64,000 bases of DNA. Source: a virus. Taxonomy: Duplodnaviria > Caudoviricetes. Positions 45,623-54,540 of the stretch are shown piece by piece. Where the stretch lies: the IMG/VR virus record IMGVR_UViG_3300032330_001252, positions 1-64,000 of that record; one strand, written 5' to 3'. The notes below the pieces were generated by a model that was not told the DNA's origin, ran no database searches, and worked only from the letters and a program-made list of their open reading frames with translations. The position numbers and the translations under genes were made by a program. Position 1 is the first letter of the stretch. Each line of letters starts with the position of its first letter.

Positions 45623-46242
45623 ACATAACTTTAACGCAGTTACAACAACTGCTGCCCAAAAATCCTTATGTTGTTCAATGGCATCACGCTCTTGAACAGC
45701 TGCTTCCAGATTACGAAATCAATACTGCTCAGCGTATTGCAGCGTTTGTTGCACAGTGTGCACACGAGTCGGCAGGATTTACGGCACTCAAAGAAAATTT
45801 AAATTATCGTGCGGCTACTCTACGCAAGATTTTTCCAAAATACTTTCCAGATGATGCGATTGCCAACGACTACGCTAGTCGTCCCAACAAGCAGGCCGCA
45901 ATTGCTAATAAGGTTTATGCTAATCGCATGGGCAATGGCCCTGAGGAAAGTGGAGATGGATACAGGTTTTGTGGCCGTGGATTAATTCAGCTTACAGGAC
46001 GCGACAACTATTCGTGGTTTGCCGCCAGCCTGGGTATATCGGTAGAAGAAGCTTCAGAGTATCTTCAAACATTTGAAGGTGCTGCACAATCGGCTTGCTG
46101 GTTTTGGGAAACCAACAAACTCAACACTTGGGCTGATGCTGGGGATATTTTGACCTTGACAAAACGAATCAATGGTGGTACAATTGGTTTGGAAGATAGA
46201 AAAAAACATTACGAACACGCCCTACACGTTTTAGGAGCTTAA
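45619..46242 (+). CDS. Endolysin, glycoside hydrolase family 19
   Basis: F.AQCAHES, GRGLIQLTGR.NY and TKRINGG motifs. Confidence 0.9.
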   Translation: MNITLTQLQQLLPKNPYVVQWHHALEQLLPDYEINTAQRIAAFVAQCAHESAGFTALKENLNYRAATLRKIFPKYFPDDAIANDYASRPNKQAAIANKVYANRMGNGPEESGDGYRFCGRGLIQLTGRDNYSWFAASLGISVEEASEYLQTFEGAAQSACWFWETNKLNTWADAGDILTLTKRINGGTIGLEDRKKHYEHALHVLGA

Positions 46243-46243
46243 T

Positions 46244-47425
46244 ATGCTTAAAAGAGCTTTAGTAGTTTTATTACTAACCACGGGTACTTTAAACGCCCAA
46301 ACTCTTATTAATCAAGGGACTTACGACTCTAAGTCCTTGGTTGATACCAATTCAACTAGTGTGTCGACTAGTACCGTTAACACAAATGCTAACAGTACAT
46401 CGACTAGCACAAATACTAATAACACTAATGTTACTAGTACTTCAACTAACACAAACAACAATGTACAAAGTGGCACAGTTACTAACAATAACGTAAACAC
46501 TGGTACAATGACTTATAATAACAACAATACTAGTACAGGTACACAGGTTAATACAAATAATAATGTTAATACTGGTACAATGACCTATAACAACGTCAAC
46601 AGTGGTACGATGACAAATGTCAATCAGAACACTAGCGCAGTTACAACAAACAATACTAATACAAATATTAATAGTGGCACAATGACCAATATTAATCAAA
46701 ACACAAATACGTCGACGTCGGTTAATACAAATAACAATATTAATTCAGGAACAATGACGTATAACAATAACAACGCAAATACGTCAACATCGACCAGCAA
46801 TAATACAAATACTAACATTAATTCAGGAACAATTACCAATAATAACAATAATGTTAATACTGGTACAATGACCAATAATAACAATAATGTTAATACTACA
46901 ACTGCAAATACAACTAGTACTAACACTAATGCTAATAACAATGTTAACCAAAACGTAAATACTGGTGACATGACAAACCGCAATATTAATACTACTGAAA
47001 TTACTCAACGAGTAATTCAACCTCCTCCAACAGCAATCGCACCTACAATGATGAGTGGTGGAAATGCTGACTTATGTTCAACAGGTACTTCTGGTTCAGT
47101 ACAAACACAGATTTTTGGTGTTAGTGGCGGCGGTACAGTACGAGATATGAACTGTGAGCGTTTAAAGTTATCAAAAACACTATACGATATGGGAATGAAA
47201 GTAGCAGCAGTTGCAACAATGTGTCAAGATCGTCGCGTATTTGATGCTATGCTAGCAGCAGGCACACCATGTCCTTATGAAGGCAAAATCGGTGAATCTG
47301 CAAAAGCTGCTTGGGAATCTAATCCAGACAAACTACCAAAGCTTGATGAGGAGAAAATAGATGACACTTACAAGAAAGTTGGTTTCGGTGCTTTGCTTGG
47401 TGCTCTTGTTTTCAAAGTATTCTAA
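46244..47425 (+). CDS. Secreted Asn/Thr-rich repeat protein with a Cys-containing C-terminal domain and terminal TM
   Basis: Signal peptide; ~230 aa of N/T repeats (NVNTGTMTYNN); four Cys in the C-terminal domain. Confidence 0.7.
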   Translation: MLKRALVVLLLTTGTLNAQTLINQGTYDSKSLVDTNSTSVSTSTVNTNANSTSTSTNTNNTNVTSTSTNTNNNVQSGTVTNNNVNTGTMTYNNNNTSTGTQVNTNNNVNTGTMTYNNVNSGTMTNVNQNTSAVTTNNTNTNINSGTMTNINQNTNTSTSVNTNNNINSGTMTYNNNNANTSTSTSNNTNTNINSGTITNNNNNVNTGTMTNNNNNVNTTTANTTSTNTNANNNVNQNVNTGDMTNRNINTTEITQRVIQPPPTAIAPTMMSGGNADLCSTGTSGSVQTQIFGVSGGGTVRDMNCERLKLSKTLYDMGMKVAAVATMCQDRRVFDAMLAAGTPCPYEGKIGESAKAAWESNPDKLPKLDEEKIDDTYKKVGFGALLGALVFKVF

Positions 47426-49097
47426 CGCACAGAATACCACAACCGATCTAACAACAGGTAACTTAATTGAAATGGGTAGTTGGATGGGTGTTCGTTATAC
47501 AGACAATGCTGGTGTTGGGGCTTGCTGTAGTGGTGGCCCTAATCCTGCTATGAATACAGATACCAACACACTACGCTTTAGTTATGGAATGATGGCAGCA
47601 GCCCAATCTATTGCACTAAGCAAAGTGTTTGACGCTATTGGTACTGGAATTAAAGTAACTGGATACAACTATAGTTGGCAAATTAATAATGAAGGTTATA
47701 CCAGCGGTCCACTATATGCCAATGTTAGTTTAGTTGGCAAAAATGGTAATGTCTTAGAAAGCTATAACTACGACTATAATCGTTATATTCCTGGCTTTGA
47801 AACTTTTTATGGTACTCAAAAGTTTAGTGTAGACTATGGAGCACCAAGCTTAGATTCATTAAATGTTAGTTTTACTGGCAAAGATAACCGATTTTGGGCG
47901 GGTTATTATGGCCCACGAGTTCGTGATGTTAATGTTTCACTAAACTATGCGTTTGATACTTCAAAATCTCCAGCACCTATTACGCTACCCACAGTTGTAA
48001 CAAATGTAGATACTATTACATCCAGTACCGCTAGTTCAGGTTTATTGGCTACAACAGAAGGGTTGCCGCAAGTAGTTCAGCAAGCTGCTAGTACTGGTTC
48101 CGTAGTAAATTTTGATGGAACCATTAACACCACTCCACAAACTCAACAACCGCAACAGCAACAACAGCAACAACAAACACAACAACAGCAACAAACACAA
48201 CAACCTGTACAACAAGCAGTACAACCTGCTGTACGAGTAGCAGCTGAACCGCAAAAAGAAACTAACATACGTTCTAGTGGCCCAAGTGCACTAGCTATGA
48301 GTGTGGTTTCTAAAGTTCAAGAGGCTGTAAAAACAGTTGAAAAAGAAGCTGTAGCAGCTGCTGCAATGCAAGCTGCTAATGATGTTAAAAATGCTGATCA
48401 GCAAACAGCCAGTGCTATGGCAATGGTTAATGCCCAAACTACTCAAGCACCACAACAGTCGTCTCAAAGTGCAGTTGGTTTACAACTACCGCAGCAACAG
48501 CAACAACAAAGCAGTGTGGCTGTTATGCAAGTAAAGAGCAATGAGCCTCAGGTATTGCAGTCGGCACAAGTACAACAACAGTCAACAAATGATGTTAGCC
48601 TATATAGTTTAGCGCCTGTGATTAGCGGTCGATCAAGCACTGGTATTAGTGTAACAATGCAAACATTGCCACAACAAGAAATACCCGTATATGTTCCACT
48701 AGCACCACAAACACAAACGTCACAGTTTGAAACTACGCAACAAGCATTTAAAACACAAGAAACTGTTGCAATTGCAATAGTTTCACCTGTACGTGGCAAT
48801 CCCCTAAATGACTTAATTGAGGGTAGAGCTACACTAGAAGCAATGGTACAAGAACAAAAAGTGGAAGAACTAAAGCGTGCTATTACTAGTAATGAGCTAG
48901 AAACAGGAATTACACTAACCACAATGGCAGTTGTGCCACAAGGTTACGCACTCTATGGCATAAGTTTAGCAGACGCTAAATTTTATGAATCCAAACCAAT
49001 TTACCAAAATCAAAGAGTAGTAGATAATGTTAGACTATTACGTGGATTAGGATCTGACCTAAAGCATCAGCAAATGGTTCAAGATCAATATAGATAA
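47361..49097 (+). CDS. Secreted protein with a beta-sandwich-like N-terminus and Gln-rich linker
   Basis: Signal peptide; YYGPRV motif; polyQ tracts. Confidence 0.6.
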   Translation: MTLTRKLVSVLCLVLLFSKYSNAQNTTTDLTTGNLIEMGSWMGVRYTDNAGVGACCSGGPNPAMNTDTNTLRFSYGMMAAAQSIALSKVFDAIGTGIKVTGYNYSWQINNEGYTSGPLYANVSLVGKNGNVLESYNYDYNRYIPGFETFYGTQKFSVDYGAPSLDSLNVSFTGKDNRFWAGYYGPRVRDVNVSLNYAFDTSKSPAPITLPTVVTNVDTITSSTASSGLLATTEGLPQVVQQAASTGSVVNFDGTINTTPQTQQPQQQQQQQQTQQQQQTQQPVQQAVQPAVRVAAEPQKETNIRSSGPSALAMSVVSKVQEAVKTVEKEAVAAAAMQAANDVKNADQQTASAMAMVNAQTTQAPQQSSQSAVGLQLPQQQQQQSSVAVMQVKSNEPQVLQSAQVQQQSTNDVSLYSLAPVISGRSSTGISVTMQTLPQQEIPVYVPLAPQTQTSQFETTQQAFKTQETVAIAIVSPVRGNPLNDLIEGRATLEAMVQEQKVEELKRAITSNELETGITLTTMAVVPQGYALYGISLADAKFYESKPIYQNQRVVDNVRLLRGLGSDLKHQQMVQDQYR

Positions 49098-49106
49098 GGA
49101 GCCACT

Positions 49107-49670
49107 ATGGCAGAAGAAATTAAAGATGTTAATGCTAAAGTTGATGAGCTAGAAGCTGCGGCTAAAAAATACGCAAGTAAAGATACTGTTATTAGTATTG
49201 GCGGATATGAATTTACTCCAGCAAAACTAATGGTTGCTTTTACCCTTGTAAGTTCTAGTTTAGGCGGATTATACGGCACATTTGAAATCTACAAAGATTA
49301 CATGGGCATGAAAAAGAAAATTGCTGAATATGTTACACCTGATCTATCAGAGTTTGATAAGCGACTAGCAGTAATTGAACAAAATAGTTCTAAAACTGCT
49401 GATTATACTCGTGATATTAAAACTGACCTAAAGAATGATATTCGACGTAATGAATCAGTTACTGAACAAATTGAGCGTAGTGTAAAACAAGCACAACGTG
49501 AAAGCGATCAAGATTTAAAAAATATGCAAAGTACATTGCGTAATCAATTAGATCGTACACGTGATGACATGGAAAAATTAAAACGCGATACCGATAATAA
49601 AATTGACAAGCTAAATAGCTCAGTTGATAGTAAGATTCAGAAAGCCATTGATAATCCATTAGCAAAATGA
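49107..49670 (+). CDS. Single-TM coiled-coil protein
   Basis: TM at about aa 40-60, then heptads; AAGGAG RBS. Confidence 0.6.
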   Translation: MAEEIKDVNAKVDELEAAAKKYASKDTVISIGGYEFTPAKLMVAFTLVSSSLGGLYGTFEIYKDYMGMKKKIAEYVTPDLSEFDKRLAVIEQNSSKTADYTRDIKTDLKNDIRRNESVTEQIERSVKQAQRESDQDLKNMQSTLRNQLDRTRDDMEKLKRDTDNKIDKLNSSVDSKIQKAIDNPLAK

Positions 49671-50047
49671 GAGCCTTAATTTTAGTACTAGCATTACTAT
49701 GTGGTAATGCTAGTGCAGGATGCTCAATGCTTAGCGAAGAAGATCAAAAGTGGTTTGTTGCATCCAATGTAGCCATATTTGCAGATTGGCAAACTACCCG
49801 AGATTTAGCAAGACGAACAAATGAAGGCTATCGAGAAGTTGGACCAATTGCTAAGCAACTTATAGGTTCACAACCTACTGTTGCCAGAGTCGATGCTTTT
49901 GTTGCAGCTAGATTTTTAATTAATTACTATTTAGCCTGCCAAGTAGAAAATAGTGAATTCAAACACACGTATTTAATTATAACTACTGCATCGCATGGAC
50001 TTGCAGCAGCAAGTAACTATAACATTGGCTTAAGAATACGCTTTTAA
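49667..50047 (+). CDS. Secreted/membrane hypothetical protein
   Basis: Signal peptide; ADWQTTR motif; ends in aromatic F. Confidence 0.55.
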   Translation: MRALILVLALLCGNASAGCSMLSEEDQKWFVASNVAIFADWQTTRDLARRTNEGYREVGPIAKQLIGSQPTVARVDAFVAARFLINYYLACQVENSEFKHTYLIITTASHGLAAASNYNIGLRIRF

Positions 50048-50056
50048 GGGGATGTT

Positions 50057-50191
50057 ATGGCAATGTTACTTAGTCTTGTACTAGCATATATACCCCCTGA
50101 ATGGACGTGTGTTAGATGGAGATGGACTGGAGACGTTTTCAATCGAAAGGTTATTTGTCTTGAATGGAAAAAACGAGACGATAAAAAGTAA
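50057..50191 (+). CDS. 44-aa secreted Cys/Trp peptide (not in the ORF track)
   Basis: MAMLLSLVLAYIPPEWTCVRWRWTGDVFNRKVICLEWKKRDDKK*; AAGGGG RBS. Confidence 0.55.
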   Translation: MAMLLSLVLAYIPPEWTCVRWRWTGDVFNRKVICLEWKKRDDKK

Positions 50192-50193
50192 GT

Positions 50194-50802
50194 ATGATTG
50201 ATCCCATAAGTATAGGGCTTGCATTTACTGCTGCACAAACTGCTGTAAGTCATATAAAACAAGCTATTGCTTTGGGTAAAGACGTTAATAGCTTGGTTGG
50301 TCAATTTAGTAAATTTTTTGAATCAGCCGATGCAGTACACAGAGCCAAAATTTTAAATAAAGCAAAAAGCGCTGGTAAAAGTGATTATGAACTAGGTAGA
50401 GAAGCTTTAGAAATAGCCATGCACAGCGATGCTTTACGAGAAGCAGAGCGACAGTTAAAAGATATGATTGTTTGGCAGTTAGGTAAGCCCCAAGTTTGGG
50501 AGCAAATGATAAAAGAACGTACTAGATTATTTAAAGAACGCGCTGAAGCAGAAACCAAACTTGCTGAATTAGATAGAAAACGTAAACAAAAAATAGCAGA
50601 TCAATTTATGTTTGCTATGTATTTTATAGGTTTTAGTATATTTTTATTTGCTTTTATTATGGGTGGCATTGGTATATACGGTGCTATTGAAGATAAGCGT
50701 ATATATGAAGAAAAAGTTGCTAAAGCTCACCTAGAACGAAATAGACGAGCTAAAGCAGAACAAGAACGCTCTAAACAAGAAGCTTTAGATGCGATCAAAT
50801 AA
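50194..50802 (+). CDS. Membrane protein with a C-terminal TM
   Basis: MIDPISIG-type start; helical; TM near aa 140-165. Confidence 0.6.
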   Translation: MIDPISIGLAFTAAQTAVSHIKQAIALGKDVNSLVGQFSKFFESADAVHRAKILNKAKSAGKSDYELGREALEIAMHSDALREAERQLKDMIVWQLGKPQVWEQMIKERTRLFKERAEAETKLAELDRKRKQKIADQFMFAMYFIGFSIFLFAFIMGGIGIYGAIEDKRIYEEKVAKAHLERNRRAKAEQERSKQEALDAIK

Positions 50803-50821
50803 TTAAAGGATCTTAACAAAG

Positions 50822-51106
50822 ATGCACAATGATTTAAAATTATTTAAATGGGCAATAATCTTATTGCTATTCCCTGTAGCACTAGCATTTTTTGGTAAAG
50901 ATACTTTTAGGTATCCTTGTCAAGACCCACAAAATTGGGACAAAGACTTTTGTAAGATGCCTGTTTGTGATGTTACCAGAACTTGCCCAGAACACATTTT
51001 CAAAGGCCAACGTGATCCTAGACTTGGGCCTCCAGAAACAAGGATAGAACCTATGGCAAAAGCACAATGTACAACACCAACACAAGGAGCTAATTGTGGA
51101 AAATAA
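50822..51106 (+). CDS. Small membrane-anchored Cys-rich protein
   Basis: N-terminal TM; YPCQDP.NW...C..P.C...CP pattern. Confidence 0.55.
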   Translation: MHNDLKLFKWAIILLLFPVALAFFGKDTFRYPCQDPQNWDKDFCKMPVCDVTRTCPEHIFKGQRDPRLGPPETRIEPMAKAQCTTPTQGANCGK

Positions 51107-51551
51107 TACAATTATCTATACCGAAGACCAGCTAATGGCCCGTCTTAAATTTTTTATCGGTATCTGCTTAGCACTTACTTTAACTGGTATTGTATTTGTT
51201 GTTTTATACTCAATTATTTTCATTACTCAACCACTAAACGCAATCAGTCCAATTGACCAAAAGTTTTTTGAAATGATTATTCCAATTGCTACTTTTTTAA
51301 CTGGTACGCTAAGTGGAATTATGTTAGCTGGCGGTAGTAAAGAAGAAATGGAAATGAAACGCGATATGATCAAGCAGGCACAAGAAAATTCAAATACTTA
51401 TGCCAAAGCTAATCCACTAAAAATTGAACCAGCTTTTACACCAGGTATATCAACAACTGCTGGATTTAATGGGACTTCAGCTGCACCTGCTACTGTGGTT
51501 TATATCAATGGTAAACCAGCCCCCGTACAACCACCACAGCCGGAAATTTAA
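51096..51551 (+). CDS. 2-TM membrane protein (holin candidate)
   Basis: Two TM segments; F...IIPIATFLTG.LSG. Confidence 0.5.
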   Translation: MENNTIIYTEDQLMARLKFFIGICLALTLTGIVFVVLYSIIFITQPLNAISPIDQKFFEMIIPIATFLTGTLSGIMLAGGSKEEMEMKRDMIKQAQENSNTYAKANPLKIEPAFTPGISTTAGFNGTSAAPATVVYINGKPAPVQPPQPEI

Positions 51552-51769
51552 TGACTAATTTAAAAAGTATGTTATCTCAAGACCCTGCGGTTAGCAGTAA
51601 ACGAGTAATTACTTTTCTTGCATTTTTACTATGTGCTGCTGCTTTTATAGCAATGATATGTGGACATACAATAGATCAAAAACTATTTGATTCTATGATG
51701 TATATTGTAATTGCAGGATTAGGATTTACTGCAAGCGAAAAGTTTGCACCAACCAAGGAAACTAAATGA
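51551..51769 (+). CDS. Small 2-TM protein (holin candidate)
   Basis: 72 aa; SSKRV.TF.AF plus a second TM. Confidence 0.5.
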   Translation: MTNLKSMLSQDPAVSSKRVITFLAFLLCAAAFIAMICGHTIDQKLFDSMMYIVIAGLGFTASEKFAPTKETK

Positions 51770-51963
51770 AAAGTTTATTTTATTCACTATGTGTAGTACT
51801 AGGAGCAACACTCTTAGCCTACAATAATCCAGCATTTGCTGAACCAGAAACTAAAAAAGTCTGTGTTGAGCAAAAAGATGCTAAGGGTAACCCAAAGCAA
51901 GTTTGCAAAGAAGTCAAACAGCATAAAAAACTAGAAGGTACTAAAGTTCCAGACAAGAAGTAA
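51766..51963 (+). CDS. Small secreted basic protein
   Basis: Signal peptide; Cys pair; Lys-rich. Confidence 0.5.
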   Translation: MKSLFYSLCVVLGATLLAYNNPAFAEPETKKVCVEQKDAKGNPKQVCKEVKQHKKLEGTKVPDKK

Positions 51964-52025
51964 TCTAACTAAGTGGCTAGCCACTATAGTGTGGTTAGCC
52001 GTTCACTAACCAACCAAGGTCAGTT

Positions 52026-52712
52026 ATGGCAAGTTCATCAGGAAAAAAAGCTCGCAGAGCACAAACTCAACCACTAAATCCAATTGAATATGGATTTAAA
52101 GATGTTAAACCCCTAAATTTTATTCAGGGCGAGTACTTAGAAGCAATCAAATATAATGATATTATTTTTGGTATAGGTTCAGCAGGTACTGGAAAAACAT
52201 TTGTGGCAGCATCGTATGCAGCTGGAGAGCTATTCCACAGACGAATTAATAAAATTATTTTAACAAGACCTAATGTAGAAACAGGAAGAGGTTTAGGCTT
52301 CTTGCCTGGAGAATTAGAGGAGAAATACGCTCCTTACTTAGATCCATTTGACCAAGTTTTCAAACGCACGCTTGGCGCAGGTTTCTACGAATATGCTCTT
52401 AAATCAAAAACTATTGAACCAAAGCCGCTGGGATTTATGCGAGGTGCCTCATTTGAGAACTCAATCATTCTAGTAGACGAAGTTCAAAATATGACCAAAA
52501 CCGAGTTCAAGATGTTATTATCACGAATCGGTAAAAACTGTAAAGTAATTTTATCAGGAGACCCAGACCAAACAGATATTGAAGATAGTGGCCTAGAAGA
52601 TGCAGTACATCGTCTAGAAGGTATCCCAGGTATTGAAATGGTTAGATTCTTAGACGAAGACATTGTTCGTAGTAAGATGTGTAAACAAATTATTATGGCA
52701 TATAGAAATTAA
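52026..52712 (+). CDS. phoH: PhoH-family ATPase
   Basis: GSAGTGKT Walker A; FMRGASF; DEVQN; GDPDQTD. Confidence 0.95.
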   Translation: MASSSGKKARRAQTQPLNPIEYGFKDVKPLNFIQGEYLEAIKYNDIIFGIGSAGTGKTFVAASYAAGELFHRRINKIILTRPNVETGRGLGFLPGELEEKYAPYLDPFDQVFKRTLGAGFYEYALKSKTIEPKPLGFMRGASFENSIILVDEVQNMTKTEFKMLLSRIGKNCKVILSGDPDQTDIEDSGLEDAVHRLEGIPGIEMVRFLDEDIVRSKMCKQIIMAYRN

Positions 52713-52721
52713 AAGGTAATT

Positions 52722-53102
52722 ATGGCAGAAATGTATAAACCTACAGAAGGCATGGCCAGTGCCGCACGACGTGCATTAAAATGGCATGAAGAAGGTAATC
52801 CAGGTGGCACAATGGTTGGTTTAGCACGAGCCAACCAATTAAAAGACCGCAGTGAGTTATCCGCTAGTACTGTACTAAGAATGTATTCATTCTTTAGTCG
52901 TCATGAAGTAGATAAAAAAGCTACTGGTTTTAACAGTGGTGAAGAAGGTTTTCCAAGTAAAGGTCGAGTAGCTTGGGATTTATGGGGCGGCGATGGTGGT
53001 TTTAGTTGGAGCAAAGAAAAACGTGATCATATTATGAACACCCGCAAAGACTATGACACAATACAATTTGCAGCCACATTTTTAGCAAGTTCAGATGACT
53101 AA
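52722..53102 (+). CDS. Conserved phage hypothetical protein
   Basis: YKPTEGM...A.RAL.W...GGT.VG.ARANQL...MYSFFSRH...AW.LWGG. Confidence 0.65.
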   Translation: MAEMYKPTEGMASAARRALKWHEEGNPGGTMVGLARANQLKDRSELSASTVLRMYSFFSRHEVDKKATGFNSGEEGFPSKGRVAWDLWGGDGGFSWSKEKRDHIMNTRKDYDTIQFAATFLASSDD

Positions 53103-53105
53103 AAG

Positions 53106-53141
53106 AAAAGCCCCTAAGTATTGCTACTTAGGGGCTTTTTT
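53106..53141. terminator. Bidirectional terminator
   Basis: AAAAGCCCCTAAGTA/TACTTAGGGGCTTTT between convergent genes. Confidence 0.85.
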
Positions 53142-53142
53142 G

Positions 53143-53610
53143 TTAACCAATAATATTCCAGCGTGTGCCGTCAAATACCACAAATAAACTTTGTTCAGTG
53201 CCAAGAGTTTTGTCTCCTGAACTGTCTAGGTTTTGACTAGTGCCTTTGACTTTTATGTTGCCTTCTACTTGATTTTTTACTATGTATACTTTACCAATTA
53301 CGCCTAGTGGTAGGGTAATAGTAATGTCTTTTTTAATAGCACCAATGTAATAATCGGTTGCTAATGCAGTATAATTTATTGCTGTTAATTTTACATTTAT
53401 TAAGCCACTTCCACCAAGAGTACTCAGTACTCCTAGGGGTGTAATAGACAAACCACTACCAACTTGAATAACACCAAGACTGGTAGTAGTAGCTTCTTCA
53501 CATTCTATTGTAACTGGAACTATTCCAGGTGGTGTAGTTATATTTACTGGTGGATTTTGTGTTAATCCTTTACCAGCAAATATAACATTGGGTTGTCTAA
53601 CATAAGCCAT
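53143..53610 (-). CDS. Beta-sandwich protein, paralog 1 of the cassette
   Basis: C-terminal DYY...ITLP.G..GKVYIVK...VFDG.RW shared with the next two ORFs. Confidence 0.6.
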   Translation of the reverse strand: MAYVRQPNVIFAGKGLTQNPPVNITTPPGIVPVTIECEEATTTSLGVIQVGSGLSITPLGVLSTLGGSGLINVKLTAINYTALATDYYIGAIKKDITITLPLGVIGKVYIVKNQVEGNIKVKGTSQNLDSSGDKTLGTEQSLFVVFDGTRWNIIG

Positions 53611-53616
53611 AATAAC

Positions 53617-54015
53617 TTAAGTTAACAACCACTGAACACCATCATAAATAAGTGTTAGTGCACCATAAGGTGTATTAATTACTGCATTTACAGCACCATC
53701 AATAGTGCCTGCAGTTGGAACAATAGTAATAGGTGTTGCAACACTTGCTAAACCTAAACCATCTTTGATAATAAAAGTTTGCCCTGTTACGCCAGCAGGT
53801 AGATTTACTGCTACTGCGACTGGTCCAGGTACTTGTACACTAATAGCAGCATCTGCACTTAGTACTGCTACGGGCGATACTACTGCAATTCTGATTGCAG
53901 TAATTACTACACCACCAGCACTAATAGTAATTCGGTTTGCGCCTGTACCTGTGGTAGGTGTAATTACAATACCAGTGCCTGCTAAGATACTGGTGGGATT
54001 ATTTGTATAAGACAT
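53617..54015 (-). CDS. Beta-sandwich protein, paralog 2
   Basis: VNLPAGVTGQTFIIKDGLG.A...ITI...YGALTLIYDG.QW. Confidence 0.6.
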   Translation of the reverse strand: MSYTNNPTSILAGTGIVITPTTGTGANRITISAGGVVITAIRIAVVSPVAVLSADAAISVQVPGPVAVAVNLPAGVTGQTFIIKDGLGLASVATPITIVPTAGTIDGAVNAVINTPYGALTLIYDGVQWLLT

Positions 54016-54029
54016 ATGTGTCCTTTAAA

Positions 54030-54485
54030 TTAAGTTATGCTCCAATTAGAGCCGTTAAATACTACTGTAATACTACCAAATGGTACATCAATAGTAGCGG
54101 TGCCGATATCGACATTTTGTGCTGTTCCTTGTACTGTAATAGGTGCATTATTTGCATTTCCACTACAATCTTTAATTACGTATACTGTGCCTAGTATGCC
54201 CACAGGCAGTGTAATTGTTACTGGTGCTACGGTTAACACGCATAAAAAATAGTCTGTAGCTAAAACCGTATAATCATCAATAACATCAGTAACTGGTACT
54301 ATGCCAGGTGTACCTGGTGGTCCAGGCGGTCCTGGCGGTCCAGGTGGACCAGGAGGTGCAACAATTGTACGATTACTAATAAATAGGTCATCATCAGTTG
54401 CTGGATAACACGCTGGATATACTGGTGGTAAAAACGGAACCATAGGCCAACCAAAAGGCATGCCTTGTTGTTGCTGCTGTATCAT
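54030..54485 (-). CDS. Collagen-like (GPP repeat) protein with the same C-terminal domain, paralog 3
   Basis: PPGPPGPPGPPGPPGTPG; ITLPVG..G.VYVIKD...FGSITVVFNG.NW. Confidence 0.65.
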   Translation of the reverse strand: MIQQQQQGMPFGWPMVPFLPPVYPACYPATDDDLFISNRTIVAPPGPPGPPGPPGPPGTPGIVPVTDVIDDYTVLATDYFLCVLTVAPVTITLPVGILGTVYVIKDCSGNANNAPITVQGTAQNVDIGTATIDVPFGSITVVFNGSNWSIT

Positions 54486-54499
54486 AAATACCTTTCATT

Positions 54500-54532
54500 A
54501 AAAAAGCCCCCACAACTTGTGGTTGAGGGGGC
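54500..54532 (-). terminator. Terminator between the Gly-rich gene and the collagen-like genes
   Basis: GCCCCC...GGGGGC stem plus U-run on the minus strand. Confidence 0.55.
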
Positions 54533-54540
54533 CTACAATA

